Origin: Candidatus Nanoarchaeia archaeon
Lineage (GTDB): Archaea > Nanobdellota > Nanobdellia > Woesearchaeales > JANQNC01
Direction of reading: 5' to 3'
Length of the DNA: 32,000 bases
Assembly: GCA_028279745.1 (NCBI GenBank)
Contig: JANQNC010000001.1
Span: 1,140,001-1,172,000, forward strand
Shown: positions 8,134 to 16,457 of the stretch, piece after piece
Position numbering within the stretch: the first letter of the stretch is position 1
Layout: each line of letters starts with the position of its first letter
The notes under the pieces: generated by a model
Seen by the model: only the letters and a program-made list of their open reading frames with translations
Databases searched by the model: none
Told to the model about the DNA's origin: nothing
Program-made: the position numbers and the translations under genes

Positions 8134-9334
8134 GCTCCAACTTAAAACTATCTCTATTATCTTCAAAGAAATGCATCATCTCTTTCCACTGTTTCTGTAA
8201 CTGAACATATTCTAAGAAAGGATCATCGTCTTTATCAAGCATAGAAGTGATCAAAATAATATTCTTTTCTGCTTCAGCCTTACCTTTCTTATCATCATGA
8301 TCATCATAATAATCAATCAAAGCATTATTAGCTTTAGTAAGCATAGTAACACAATCATCATGCAAACACTTGCCAGGATAGTCACAAAGTTCAGAAGTTT
8401 GGACCTTTCTCATACCTTCTATCTCTTTCTGATGCTTCAATTTTCTATGTTCATAGATGAATCTTGTAATATCCCTCCTTAAAACAAGCCAAGCTGGTTG
8501 AGTAGAGGGAGGGGGATGATGTTCAATACTCAGATGATTGTCAAAATAAACAATCCTTCCAAACATCATAGCATTAATCAAGAAATCCATATCTTCACCT
8601 CTAGACACCAAAGGATCAAAAGGAATATCCATAAACAAACTTTTAGTTATTGTGAGATTACCGCCTAAAGCATAGAAACTAGGCACCAACCTTTTTTCAG
8701 AAGTGTCACCCACAAGTTTTGTCAAAGCTTCATTCATCCACAAAGCTTTGTTCCAGTGCTCACGCCAAGGATAGCTCTTCAATTTGTTTTTCCACTCGCC
8801 ATCTTTAGTATAAAAGCCCGCAACACCTTCAACTTGCTTGCCTTCAATAACCTTATCTAAATCATCTTTTATTATCTCTATAAAGTCTGGCTTTGAGAAA
8901 AGTTCATCATCGTCTATCAAGATAGCAACATCCTTGTTCATAAGATGAGGGATTACAGTACACATATTTCTTATGTTAGAGTAACCTTCAAGATCCAGAA
9001 ATCTTTTGTAACCTTCTTTGTTAAAATCTAAAACTTTTTTTCTAAGTTTGACTAGATCTGAATGGGAAAAAAAGCTTACTTTAACGGGGCTTTTAGTCTT
9101 TTTTAGAATACAATCTACTTTCTCTTCCATATCATCCCTGATATCTTTTGCAGTAGCGCAACCAAGAATGATAAGCTCAAAATCATGATCTTCTAACGTA
9201 GAAATACTTTCTATAGCTCTTTGCAAAGTGCCTTCATCACCTAAAGGAGTTGGATGATCATAGATCTCATCACCCTCAACAAAAACACCACCTTCTCTGC
9301 CCCAATATGTTGGGATCACCATAGCAATATTCAT
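8120..9334 (-). CDS. Glycosyltransferase-like protein (GT-A-like, DDDE motif), paralogue of 6976-8133
   Basis: Motifs: MVIPTYWGREGG, RNMC...AILIDDDE, GFYTKDGEWK, PFDPLVSRGED, IEHHPPP, DITRFIYEHRKL. Its start overlaps the stop of the upstream nucleotidyltransferase by 4 nt. Confidence 0.55.
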   Translation of the reverse strand: MNIAMVIPTYWGREGGVFVEGDEIYDHPTPLGDEGTLQRAIESISTLEDHDFELIILGCATAKDIRDDMEEKVDCILKKTKSPVKVSFFSHSDLVKLRKKVLDFNKEGYKRFLDLEGYSNIRNMCTVIPHLMNKDVAILIDDDELFSKPDFIEIIKDDLDKVIEGKQVEGVAGFYTKDGEWKNKLKSYPWREHWNKALWMNEALTKLVGDTSEKRLVPSFYALGGNLTITKSLFMDIPFDPLVSRGEDMDFLINAMMFGRIVYFDNHLSIEHHPPPSTQPAWLVLRRDITRFIYEHRKLKHQKEIEGMRKVQTSELCDYPGKCLHDDCVTMLTKANNALIDYYDDHDDKKGKAEAEKNIILITSMLDKDDDPFLEYVQLQKQWKEMMHFFEDNRDSFKLELRTY

Positions 9335-10089
9335 TTTTTGCTATATGCCTCATCAGCTTCTTTAAGCTCGTCATGATCTCCAATATCATACCAGCTTCCT
9401 TCATAAACATAGCCATAAACAGGTCTGTCAGATTCCATAAGATGTTTGATGAAATCCCCAGCATTAATATCCCCCACATATCTTTCATCGGTCTTAATAA
9501 AAGGAGAAAGCATCTGCAGATCGTATTTATTGATTATGTATAAGAAAGTTGCTGCTAAAGTTGATTTTGGTGTTTCAGGCTTTTCCACAAAATCAATCAC
9601 CTTATTGTTCTTGTCTATTCCAACAATACCATAAAGTTTTGCCTTTTCAACATCTTTAACATCATACAATGCAAGAACAGAAGCTTTTTTTTCATTGTAA
9701 AATTCAACAAACTCTTTTAGTTTGATATCACATAGGTTATCTCCCGCAATGATCATCAGATCATCTTCTACGTTGGCTCTTTTGACAACACAATTGATGT
9801 CTCCAAGAGGCCCAAGTTTTGAACCGTCAGCTAGAGTGCCATCATTTATGATTGTTATGGGGATGCCATCTTTTTCTTCTTCATACTTATCTCTCCACTT
9901 CTCAAAGTGGGTGTGGAATTTTTCATTTGTCACGACATAAACCTCATCAAGCTCTTTAACCTTGTGGATGTCCTCGAGAATCCTCTCAATAATCGGAACT
10001 CCTCCAACTGGTAATAGCGGTTTAGGTTTATCCTTAGTCAAAGGGAATAACCGCGTAGCGTAACCTGCACCCATAATCAAACATTTCAT
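9331..10089 (-). CDS. Sugar-1-phosphate nucleotidylyltransferase (NTP_transferase family, short form)
   Basis: N-terminus is MKCLIMGAGYATRLFPLTKDKPKPLLPVGGVPII, followed by IAGDN and VEKP motifs. About 250 aa, with no LbH tail. Confidence 0.85.
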   Translation of the reverse strand: MKCLIMGAGYATRLFPLTKDKPKPLLPVGGVPIIERILEDIHKVKELDEVYVVTNEKFHTHFEKWRDKYEEEKDGIPITIINDGTLADGSKLGPLGDINCVVKRANVEDDLMIIAGDNLCDIKLKEFVEFYNEKKASVLALYDVKDVEKAKLYGIVGIDKNNKVIDFVEKPETPKSTLAATFLYIINKYDLQMLSPFIKTDERYVGDINAGDFIKHLMESDRPVYGYVYEGSWYDIGDHDELKEADEAYSKK

Positions 10090-10103
10090 ATAACTTCACC
10101 TCG

Positions 10104-10847
10104 TCAAAATCCTTTTTGCTTAAAATATTCATCAGCTTTATGATACTCATCCAAATTTCCAATATCAAACCATTTACCGTCAAACTTGAAAGCATGAACA
10201 TTATGATTGCTAATAAACCACTGGATAAAGTGACCCATCTTGTCAGGATCATTGCCCTCATCCAAATATTTCAGCAAACCATTAATGCCTTCTTGTGTAA
10301 GAATGTAGCACGCAGTGCTTGCCAAAGTAGACTTTGGTTTTTCCGGTTTTTCCTCAAAACTTAGAATCTTGTGATTATCATCAGTCTCAACAATACCGTA
10401 AAGTTTTGCAATCTCGATGTCTTTAACATCTTCAGTAACGATGATATTTTCGTTTAATTCTTCAAGATGTCTGATCAAGTCAACCATCTTGAACTCGAAA
10501 AGATTATCTCCGCCCAGGATTAGGGTTTCTTCTTGGATATCCTTTTCTTTAAACAATCTACCCAAAGCACCTAAGCTGCCCAGTTTCTCATCCTCAGACT
10601 GAGTTGGCTCTATAACAAGTTCAACATCTAACTTATTTTCTCTTTTATCTAGAAAATCTTGGAACTGATCGGCAAATTTGGCGTTGGTAGAAATATAAAC
10701 TGTGCTAAAATGAGAAATTGTCTCAACTTCCTCAAGAACATACTCTAAAATGGGCTTACCTGCAACCTCTAAGAGTTGTTTAGGCTTATCTTTAGTTAGA
10801 GGCCACATCCTTTTAGCAAATCCACCACATAAAATAATAGCTTTCAT
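10104..10847 (-). CDS. Sugar-1-phosphate nucleotidylyltransferase (NTP_transferase family, short form), second copy
   Basis: N-terminus is MKAIILCGGFAKRMWPLTKDKPKQLLEVAGKPIL, followed by LGGDN and EEKPEKPKS motifs. Confidence 0.85.
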   Translation of the reverse strand: MKAIILCGGFAKRMWPLTKDKPKQLLEVAGKPILEYVLEEVETISHFSTVYISTNAKFADQFQDFLDKRENKLDVELVIEPTQSEDEKLGSLGALGRLFKEKDIQEETLILGGDNLFEFKMVDLIRHLEELNENIIVTEDVKDIEIAKLYGIVETDDNHKILSFEEKPEKPKSTLASTACYILTQEGINGLLKYLDEGNDPDKMGHFIQWFISNHNVHAFKFDGKWFDIGNLDEYHKADEYFKQKGF

Positions 10848-10931
10848 ACTTTATTTTTGTAAATGATTATTTATATGCTTTTTGGTTAAGCAATGGATAG
10901 AAATATAAAAAGGAGAAGAATAAGGGGAGTT

Positions 10932-11597
10932 ATGAGACTAAAAGAGTTGAAGAAAAAAATACCTGGGCAGTTTTATTCCGCGATTGAAGCAACAGGAGTG
11001 GATGAATTAAGACCCTGCCAAGAAAAATCTGTCAAGAAGGGGTTGTTGAAAGAAAAATCTGTGTTGGTATGTACGCCAACTGCTTCTGGGAAGACTCTTG
11101 CTGCTGAGTTAGCAATCATTAATGCTATAGCAAATAAGGGCAAAGCAGTCTATATTGTTCCACTTAAAGCTCTTGCTACAGAGAAACATAAAGATTTCAG
11201 CGCTAAGTACAAAGGTCTGATGAAAGTTGGGATTTCAATCGGTGATTTGGATCAAGCGGAGCCGCATTTAGGAGATAATAATCTGATAATTGTCACAGCA
11301 GAGAAGCTGGATAGTCTATTGAGACATCATGTACAGTGGTTGAAGTATGTTTCATGTATTGTTATCGATGAAATACATTTACTTAACGATCCTGGAAGAG
11401 GACCAACGCTTGAATTGTTGATCACTATTCTTCGTACACTACTTAAGGATGTGCAGATTGTAGGTTTGAGTGCTACAATTGGTAATCCTAAAGAGTTAGC
11501 TAAATGGTTAAAAGCTGAATTGGTGGAAGATAAATGGAGACCTGTTGAGCTGAAACAAGCAGTGTATGTTGATGATAAGATAGAGTATGTTAAGTGA
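10932..11597 (+). CDS. hel308: Hel308/Ski2-type DEAD/DEAH helicase, RecA1 lobe only (truncated gene or gene remnant)
   Basis: Q-motif region LRPCQEKSV, motif I CTPTASGKT, Ia YIVPLKALA, II VIDEIH, III LSATIGN, then WRPVEL and a stop. No RecA2, winged-helix or ratchet domains follow. Only about 100 nt remain before the next gene, which is on the opposite strand. An alternative upstream ATG is at 10893. Confidence 0.75.
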   Translation: MRLKELKKKIPGQFYSAIEATGVDELRPCQEKSVKKGLLKEKSVLVCTPTASGKTLAAELAIINAIANKGKAVYIVPLKALATEKHKDFSAKYKGLMKVGISIGDLDQAEPHLGDNNLIIVTAEKLDSLLRHHVQWLKYVSCIVIDEIHLLNDPGRGPTLELLITILRTLLKDVQIVGLSATIGNPKELAKWLKAELVEDKWRPVELKQAVYVDDKIEYVK

Positions 11598-11698
11598 TTT
11601 TTCTGAGTAGGTTGAGTTAATTAATCATGTATTGCAGTATAGGCTCACTTCGTTCGCCTTGTTGCGTTAAATAAAAAAGAAGAAATAAAAAAATAAAA

Positions 11699-12046
11699 TT
11701 AGAATTTAATTCTTTCTGCGTATCCGCCGATAATAGGCATCTTCCATGTTTTACCTTGAAGCACTTTGATTATAGCCATAATCCAAAGTATTAGCATACC
11801 TATCCAGATAACAAATACAACTATGCCCCAGAGTACACCAATAATTGCACCCACAACAGGTATAAGCATAAGCAGAGCCATAGGGATACCAAGAACTCCT
11901 AATGCAATCCCAATTATAAGCATAACTAATCCTTGCTTAGAATGGAACTGTGCAAATGAGTTATCTCTCTTAAGCAACAAAGGCAACAAACAAAGGATAC
12001 CTAAGTAACTAAGAATGCCCCACAGTTTATCTTCACCGCTAACCAT
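11699..12046 (-). CDS. Small membrane protein, DUF4870/Tic20-like
   Basis: Contains KLWGILSYLGILCLLPLLLKRDNSFAQFHSKQGLVM and 3-4 TM segments, which is the typical DUF4870 signature. Recognised from memory. Confidence 0.55.
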   Translation of the reverse strand: MVSGEDKLWGILSYLGILCLLPLLLKRDNSFAQFHSKQGLVMLIIGIALGVLGIPMALLMLIPVVGAIIGVLWGIVVFVIWIGMLILWIMAIIKVLQGKTWKMPIIGGYAERIKF

Positions 12047-12128
12047 ATTATTACCACCTCCAAACTTAATATCAAAGAATTGGTCAAATCAGTTTATAAA
12101 CGTTTTGAATCATATATTAAACTTAGAA

Positions 12129-14039
12129 TTACTCTTCCTCATACTCTTCTTCGTCATCAAAAGCAGTAGGGATAAAACCTAAATTCTGAAGAACAAGATC
12201 TGGAGTGAAAGGTTTAAGATCATCATAAGTTTGGCCAGTGCCAACAAAAATTATCGGTTTTTTTGTAACGTAAGATATTGATATAGCAGCACCGCCTTTC
12301 TCATCAGCATCAGTTTTAGTTAGAACAATACCATCAATTCCGACAGCAGCATCAAACTCTTGAGCTTGCTCAACAGCGTCATTACCTGTCAAAGAATCAC
12401 CAATAAACAAAGTCATGTCTGGCTTGGCAACACGGTTAAGCTTTGACAATTCATCCATCAAGTTTGAGTTAGCGTTACTTCTCCCCGCAGTATCAATTAG
12501 GACAACATCCTTGTTCTTAGCTTTAGCGTGAGCGATTGCATCAAAAGCAACAGCAGCTGCATCACTACCCATATCATGTTTGACAACCTTAACACCAACA
12601 TTTTCACAATGATGTTCTAGTTGATCTATGGCTGCAGCTCTAAATGTGTCGGCAGCACCAACAACAACACTAAAACCTTGTTTTTTCAGATAATTTGCTA
12701 TTTTAGCTAAAGTTGTAGTTTTACCTGTACCATTAATACCTATGAATGAGATGATGAAAGGGCTTTTTTCAGCAATCTTTTTGTTTATGTCAACTTTTTC
12801 AACATCAAACAATTCAGTTATACTTTTTGATAAACTATCTGATATTATTTTATCAATACCAAACCTTGAAATCTTGCTTGTAGTTAATTCTTCTTTTAGG
12901 TCAGTTCTAATTTTGTCAACGACAGAGACTGCAACATTATTTTCTAAGAGTGCAAGCTCTAACTCCCAGAACAATTCATCAAACTTTTCTTCTGATAGTG
13001 TTTTTTTAGTGAAAGTTTCAGTGATTTTGCCAAATAAACCTTTTTTCTTCTCTACTTCCTCAACCTTTTCTTCTACTTCCCGGTCTAATTTTTCAACTTC
13101 TTTCTTTTCAAGCTTTTCTTCTTCTTTCTTCTTTATCGTTTCTAGATCTTCTTGTGATTCTTCTAATTCTTCTTTGATTGATTCTTCTGTAACTTTTTCT
13201 TCAGGTTCTTCTTCTGTCTTAATTTCTTCTAATGATTCTGACTGTTTTTCTTCAGCTTCTTTCTTTTCCTTGAACTCAGGATGAACATCTTTAGGTTTTT
13301 CGATAGGAGCTTCAACTTCTTTTTCTTCTTCAAGAACTTTTTCTTCCTTTTCTATTTCCTCTTCGGTCATAGAAGGCTTCTTTTTGAATAGATCTTTGAT
13401 TTTTTGACCGAATGATTTCTTTTCTTCTTCGGGTTCTTCAGTTGTTTCTGTTACTTCTGCAACAGGTTCTTCTTCTACTTCTTCTTTAGGCTCTTCTTTC
13501 TTTTCTTCTTCTATTTTTTTAGCTTCTTCTCTAGCTTTCTTCTCTTCTTTTTCTTTTTCAGCTTTCTTTTTGAATTCAGAAACAATATCTTCAACTTCTT
13601 CTTTTGGTTGTTCAGGAACTTTTTCTTCTTCTGATTCCTTTTCTTCTTTAATTTCTATTTTAGGCTCCTTTGGAACTTCTTTTGGTTCTATTACTGGTTC
13701 TTCAGTTTTAATTTCTTCTTTTTCTTCAGGAGTAGGTTCTTTTTCTTTAGGCTCCTTTGGAGCTTCTTCTGCGACAGGTTCTTCTGGAGGCTTTTCTTCA
13801 ACTGTAGGTTCTGGTTCCTCTTCCTTTATTTCTTCTTTAGGCTCCTTCGGAGCTTCTTTGACTTCTTCTTGAGGTTCTGGTTTAATCTTTTCTTCTACTT
13901 TAGGTTCTTCAAGAATTTCTTCTTTTACTTCCTCAGGCACTTCTTCTACAGGAACTTCTTCCTCTTTAACTTCCTCTTCAACCTTCTTGGTGAATTTTTC
14001 AATTGTGCCCTTTAGCTTTTCTTTAAGAAATTTAAACAT
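12129..14039 (-). CDS. ftsY: Signal recognition particle receptor FtsY with a ~330-aa E/K/P-rich N-terminal extension
   Basis: The C-terminal NG domain has GINGTGKTTTLAKIA, DTFRAAAIDQL, DTAGR, TKTDADEKGG and GTGQTYDDL. The N-terminal half is low-complexity (EEVKE, PKEPKE, EEKK). Confidence 0.95.
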   Translation of the reverse strand: MFKFLKEKLKGTIEKFTKKVEEEVKEEEVPVEEVPEEVKEEILEEPKVEEKIKPEPQEEVKEAPKEPKEEIKEEEPEPTVEEKPPEEPVAEEAPKEPKEKEPTPEEKEEIKTEEPVIEPKEVPKEPKIEIKEEKESEEEKVPEQPKEEVEDIVSEFKKKAEKEKEEKKAREEAKKIEEEKKEEPKEEVEEEPVAEVTETTEEPEEEKKSFGQKIKDLFKKKPSMTEEEIEKEEKVLEEEKEVEAPIEKPKDVHPEFKEKKEAEEKQSESLEEIKTEEEPEEKVTEESIKEELEESQEDLETIKKKEEEKLEKKEVEKLDREVEEKVEEVEKKKGLFGKITETFTKKTLSEEKFDELFWELELALLENNVAVSVVDKIRTDLKEELTTSKISRFGIDKIISDSLSKSITELFDVEKVDINKKIAEKSPFIISFIGINGTGKTTTLAKIANYLKKQGFSVVVGAADTFRAAAIDQLEHHCENVGVKVVKHDMGSDAAAVAFDAIAHAKAKNKDVVLIDTAGRSNANSNLMDELSKLNRVAKPDMTLFIGDSLTGNDAVEQAQEFDAAVGIDGIVLTKTDADEKGGAAISISYVTKKPIIFVGTGQTYDDLKPFTPDLVLQNLGFIPTAFDDEEEYEEE

Positions 14040-14048
14040 CCATTACAC

Positions 14049-14453
14049 CTATTTTTTCATCTTAGCTGTCAGTTCTTGTTCAAGTACCTTTGCATTTAAT
14101 GATAACCTTTGCATCTCAGCCATTATCTCTCCTTCAACATTTCTGAATTCTTCAATCTGTTTGGTCATCATATCTAAAGCGTCAGGGAACTTTTTCTTAA
14201 CTGCAATATTGCTTCCAACATTAACAACGACTTCTTCCTTATCTTTAAGGTTTGATTTAGCAAATATCCCATTGCCTAAAGGAACCAAAATCTCAGGACT
14301 ATCTTTTGATTTTGGAAGCTCAATCAGAGAGTCTTTGATCAATAATAGCTCTTGAAGCTGCATACTAATCTGTTGTAGCTGTTGTTCTAACTGTTTAAGC
14401 TGAGCATCCATAGTTTGGAGCTGCATATATTTTTGTTGTAGTTCTGCATCCAT
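14049..14453 (-). CDS. pfdA: Prefoldin alpha subunit
   Basis: Coiled-coil N- and C-termini flank EILVPLGNGIFAKSNLKDKEEVVVNVGSNIAVKKKFPDAL, the double beta-hairpin region typical of the alpha class. It is adjacent to ftsY, as in many archaea. Confidence 0.7.
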   Translation of the reverse strand: MDAELQQKYMQLQTMDAQLKQLEQQLQQISMQLQELLLIKDSLIELPKSKDSPEILVPLGNGIFAKSNLKDKEEVVVNVGSNIAVKKKFPDALDMMTKQIEEFRNVEGEIMAEMQRLSLNAKVLEQELTAKMKK

Positions 14454-14494
14454 TTTAACTCTTAAAAATTAGAGTTTATTTAAAAACGTGATGG

Positions 14495-14574
14495 TTTTAA
14501 GGGTAAAGTTTTTAAAAGGTAAGAACAAGAATAGCAGTATAACCTGTGAGGTGTTTAGTATGAAAAAAATAATG
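14495..14574 (+). repeat. Copy 1 of an 80-nt direct repeat (promoter + 5'UTR + first 5 codons)
   Basis: Identical to 15204-15283 except for 3 mismatches. It contains the TATA-like TTTTTAAAA (14509-14517) and GTGAGGTG ahead of ATG 14560. Confidence 0.85.
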
Positions 14575-15174
14575 TTATTATTAATGGTTTTATTTGCAGT
14601 TGGTTTTGTTAGTGCGCAGCTTCAACTCCCTGTGTGTCCTGATGTTCCGCCTTTTGGACAATGTGATACTGGGAGTGAAAATTGTGCATGGATGTGCGAA
14701 CCGTTTTTTAGTGAAATCGGATGTGATGCAAATCAGTACTGGTACAATCCAGCTAGCGGGTTTGGAGTTATGTGTGGGGGCACAACTCATCCTGGTTTAA
14801 GTTGTTTTAATGATGATTATGTTAACCAGACTGCCTATTCAGACCCAGCCAGTTGTGAAAATGCGGGATATCATTGGGTATACTACCCTGAATTTTGTGC
14901 AACTTTTGTGGGGGGAATTAATTGTGTGCAATGTAACGAAAATCAAGACTGTATAGATAGAGAAGGCTTAGGTGATGTTTGTGTTGATAACCAGTGCGTA
15001 GAATGTGAAACAGACAGAGACTGTGACCAAGGTCTTATCTGCGGTGAAAATAATTTCTGCACAGAACCAAATGGAGAGCCAATGGAAGATATTCCAGAAT
15101 TTGGTTCGGGAGCAATAGTTGCGGTGCTTGTTGTAGCAATTGTAGCAGGAATCTTTGTAGTTAAGAGGAAGTAA
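14560..15174 (+). CDS. Secreted Cys-rich protein with PEF-CTERM-like anchor (tandem paralogue 1)
   Basis: Signal peptide is MKKIMLLLMVLFAVGFVSAQ. The Cys-rich module is CVQCNENQDCIDREGLGDVCVDNQCVECETDRDCDQGLICGENNFC. The tail is IPEFGSGAIVAVLVVAIVAGIFVVKRK. Confidence 0.75.
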   Translation: MKKIMLLLMVLFAVGFVSAQLQLPVCPDVPPFGQCDTGSENCAWMCEPFFSEIGCDANQYWYNPASGFGVMCGGTTHPGLSCFNDDYVNQTAYSDPASCENAGYHWVYYPEFCATFVGGINCVQCNENQDCIDREGLGDVCVDNQCVECETDRDCDQGLICGENNFCTEPNGEPMEDIPEFGSGAIVAVLVVAIVAGIFVVKRK

Positions 15175-15203
15175 GTCTTCTTTTCTTTTTCTTATTTCGA
15201 TTA

Positions 15204-15283
15204 TTTTAAGGGTAAAGTTTTTAAAAGGTAAGAACCAGAATAGCATTATAACGTGTGAGGTGTTTAGTATGAAAAAAATAATG
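15204..15283 (+). repeat. Copy 2 of the 80-nt direct repeat (promoter + 5'UTR + first 5 codons)
   Basis: Offset exactly 709 nt from copy 1. TTTTTAAAA is at 15218-15226 and the ATG at 15269. Confidence 0.85.
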
Positions 15284-15868
15284 ATCTTAATCTTAAGTTT
15301 GTTTGCGATCAGTTTAGTGAGTGCGCAGTTAAATTTGTGTCCTCCTGTTCAAGGCAATGAACCTACTTGTATTGATGATCCGCAAGGAACTTGTGCTTTT
15401 GTGTGTGGGAATGATGTTTGTGAGGGAGACTTATTCTGGTGGGATCCACAAGGAGACTACTACTCAATATGTGCTGCGGGGACTTTACCTGGAGGATGTT
15501 ATCAAGTTGTAGGATATAGTTATGTGAACCATGATGTGAGTGAGAGTACGTGTGGTTCTTTAGGGTATCATTGGATTGATGATCCAGAATTTTGTCCAAC
15601 ATATTATGGGGTTGACTGCGAGCCTTGTTTTGAAGATCAAGACTGTATAGATAGGGGGGACATTGGACCTATCTGTGTTGATAACAGATGTGTAGAATGC
15701 GAGACTGATAGGGATTGTGATGAAGGCAAAGTGTGCGGTAATGACTATTTCTGTGAAGAGCCAAACGGAGAGCCGATGGAAGAGATTCCAGAATTTGGTT
15801 CTGGAGCGATAGTTGCAGTGCTGATAGTTGCAATCGTAGCAGGAGTATTCTTAGTTAAGAAGAAGTGA
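15269..15868 (+). CDS. Secreted Cys-rich protein with PEF-CTERM-like anchor (tandem paralogue 2)
   Basis: Signal peptide is MKKIMILILSLFAISLVSAQ. The Cys-rich module is CEPCFEDQDCIDRGDIGPICVDNRCVECETDRDCDEGKVCGNDYFC. The tail is IPEFGSGAIVAVLIVAIVAGVFLVKKK. Confidence 0.75.
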   Translation: MKKIMILILSLFAISLVSAQLNLCPPVQGNEPTCIDDPQGTCAFVCGNDVCEGDLFWWDPQGDYYSICAAGTLPGGCYQVVGYSYVNHDVSESTCGSLGYHWIDDPEFCPTYYGVDCEPCFEDQDCIDRGDIGPICVDNRCVECETDRDCDEGKVCGNDYFCEEPNGEPMEEIPEFGSGAIVAVLIVAIVAGVFLVKKK

Positions 15869-15877
15869 AGAAGTAAT

Positions 15878-15901
15878 TCTTCTTTTTTTTATTCTTTTTT
15901 A
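15878..15901 (+). terminator. Oligo-T terminator after the tandem Cys-rich genes
   Basis: A T8 run and a T6 run lie within 35 nt of the stop at 15868. Confidence 0.5.
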
Positions 15902-15946
15902 TAATCAAAACATTTAAATAGTAATAAATGCTTAATTCTTTTCATC

Positions 15947-16405
15947 ATGGCTAAAACAAAAATATCAAAAGACACACCTTTAGCAGAAATAACCTTGAGA
16001 AGATACGAAAGGCCATCTGTTCAAGGCAGAGAGTTAGTGCGGAAACTATGCTTATCAATAGGACTATTGCAACCGGGAGACTCAAGAGATGTAATGGTTG
16101 ATGTATTGATGGTGATGTTGAAAACAAAAGATCCGATAAGCTCAGACAATGTTGTCAAGAAAGCAATAGAGAACAGAAAGAAGCACAAACTGCCGTTGAA
16201 AGGGATAGCTGCATCTAACATCAGAAGGCAGTTGCTTAGACTGAGAAATATGATGATTGTTGAGAAAGTAGCTAATAACTACAGAATTAATGAAAACGAG
16301 TCATTGATGACCATATTTGAAGAAAAAGTTGAGAAATACCTTTTACCGTCGATAATTGAGCGAGTAAAAGAGTATTTTGATGCGGCTGGGAAATTAAAAG
16401 GGTAA
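15947..16405 (+). CDS. Conserved archaeal winged-helix-like putative transcriptional regulator
   Basis: Contains LAEITLRRYERPS...RELVRKLCLSIGLLQPGDSRDVMVDVL and ...NIRRQLLRLRNMMIVEKV, a pattern I recall from a conserved archaeal wHTH family whose exact name I do not know. A CATTTAAATAG box lies about 25 nt upstream. Confidence 0.4.
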   Translation: MAKTKISKDTPLAEITLRRYERPSVQGRELVRKLCLSIGLLQPGDSRDVMVDVLMVMLKTKDPISSDNVVKKAIENRKKHKLPLKGIAASNIRRQLLRLRNMMIVEKVANNYRINENESLMTIFEEKVEKYLLPSIIERVKEYFDAAGKLKG

Positions 16406-16457
16406 ATTTTATAAAAAACAATAGAAAACTAACTATGTTTGAGGGTTTAATCCAATA

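Noticed and set aside
9276-10261. Small ORFs bridging gene junctions (9276-9488, 10034-10261), and the many 60-190-aa ORFs antisense to CorC, the GTs, the nucleotidyltransferases and the kinase fusion.
   Set aside because: All lie inside or across high-confidence genes in other frames, have skewed low-complexity composition, and lack independent start signals.
12742-13872. Plus-strand ORFs 12742-13284 and 13570-13872 encoding Ser/Phe-rich proteins.
   Set aside because: They are the antisense reading of the GAA/AAG-rich FtsY gene. Their low-complexity mirror composition has no start context and lies fully inside a high-confidence gene.
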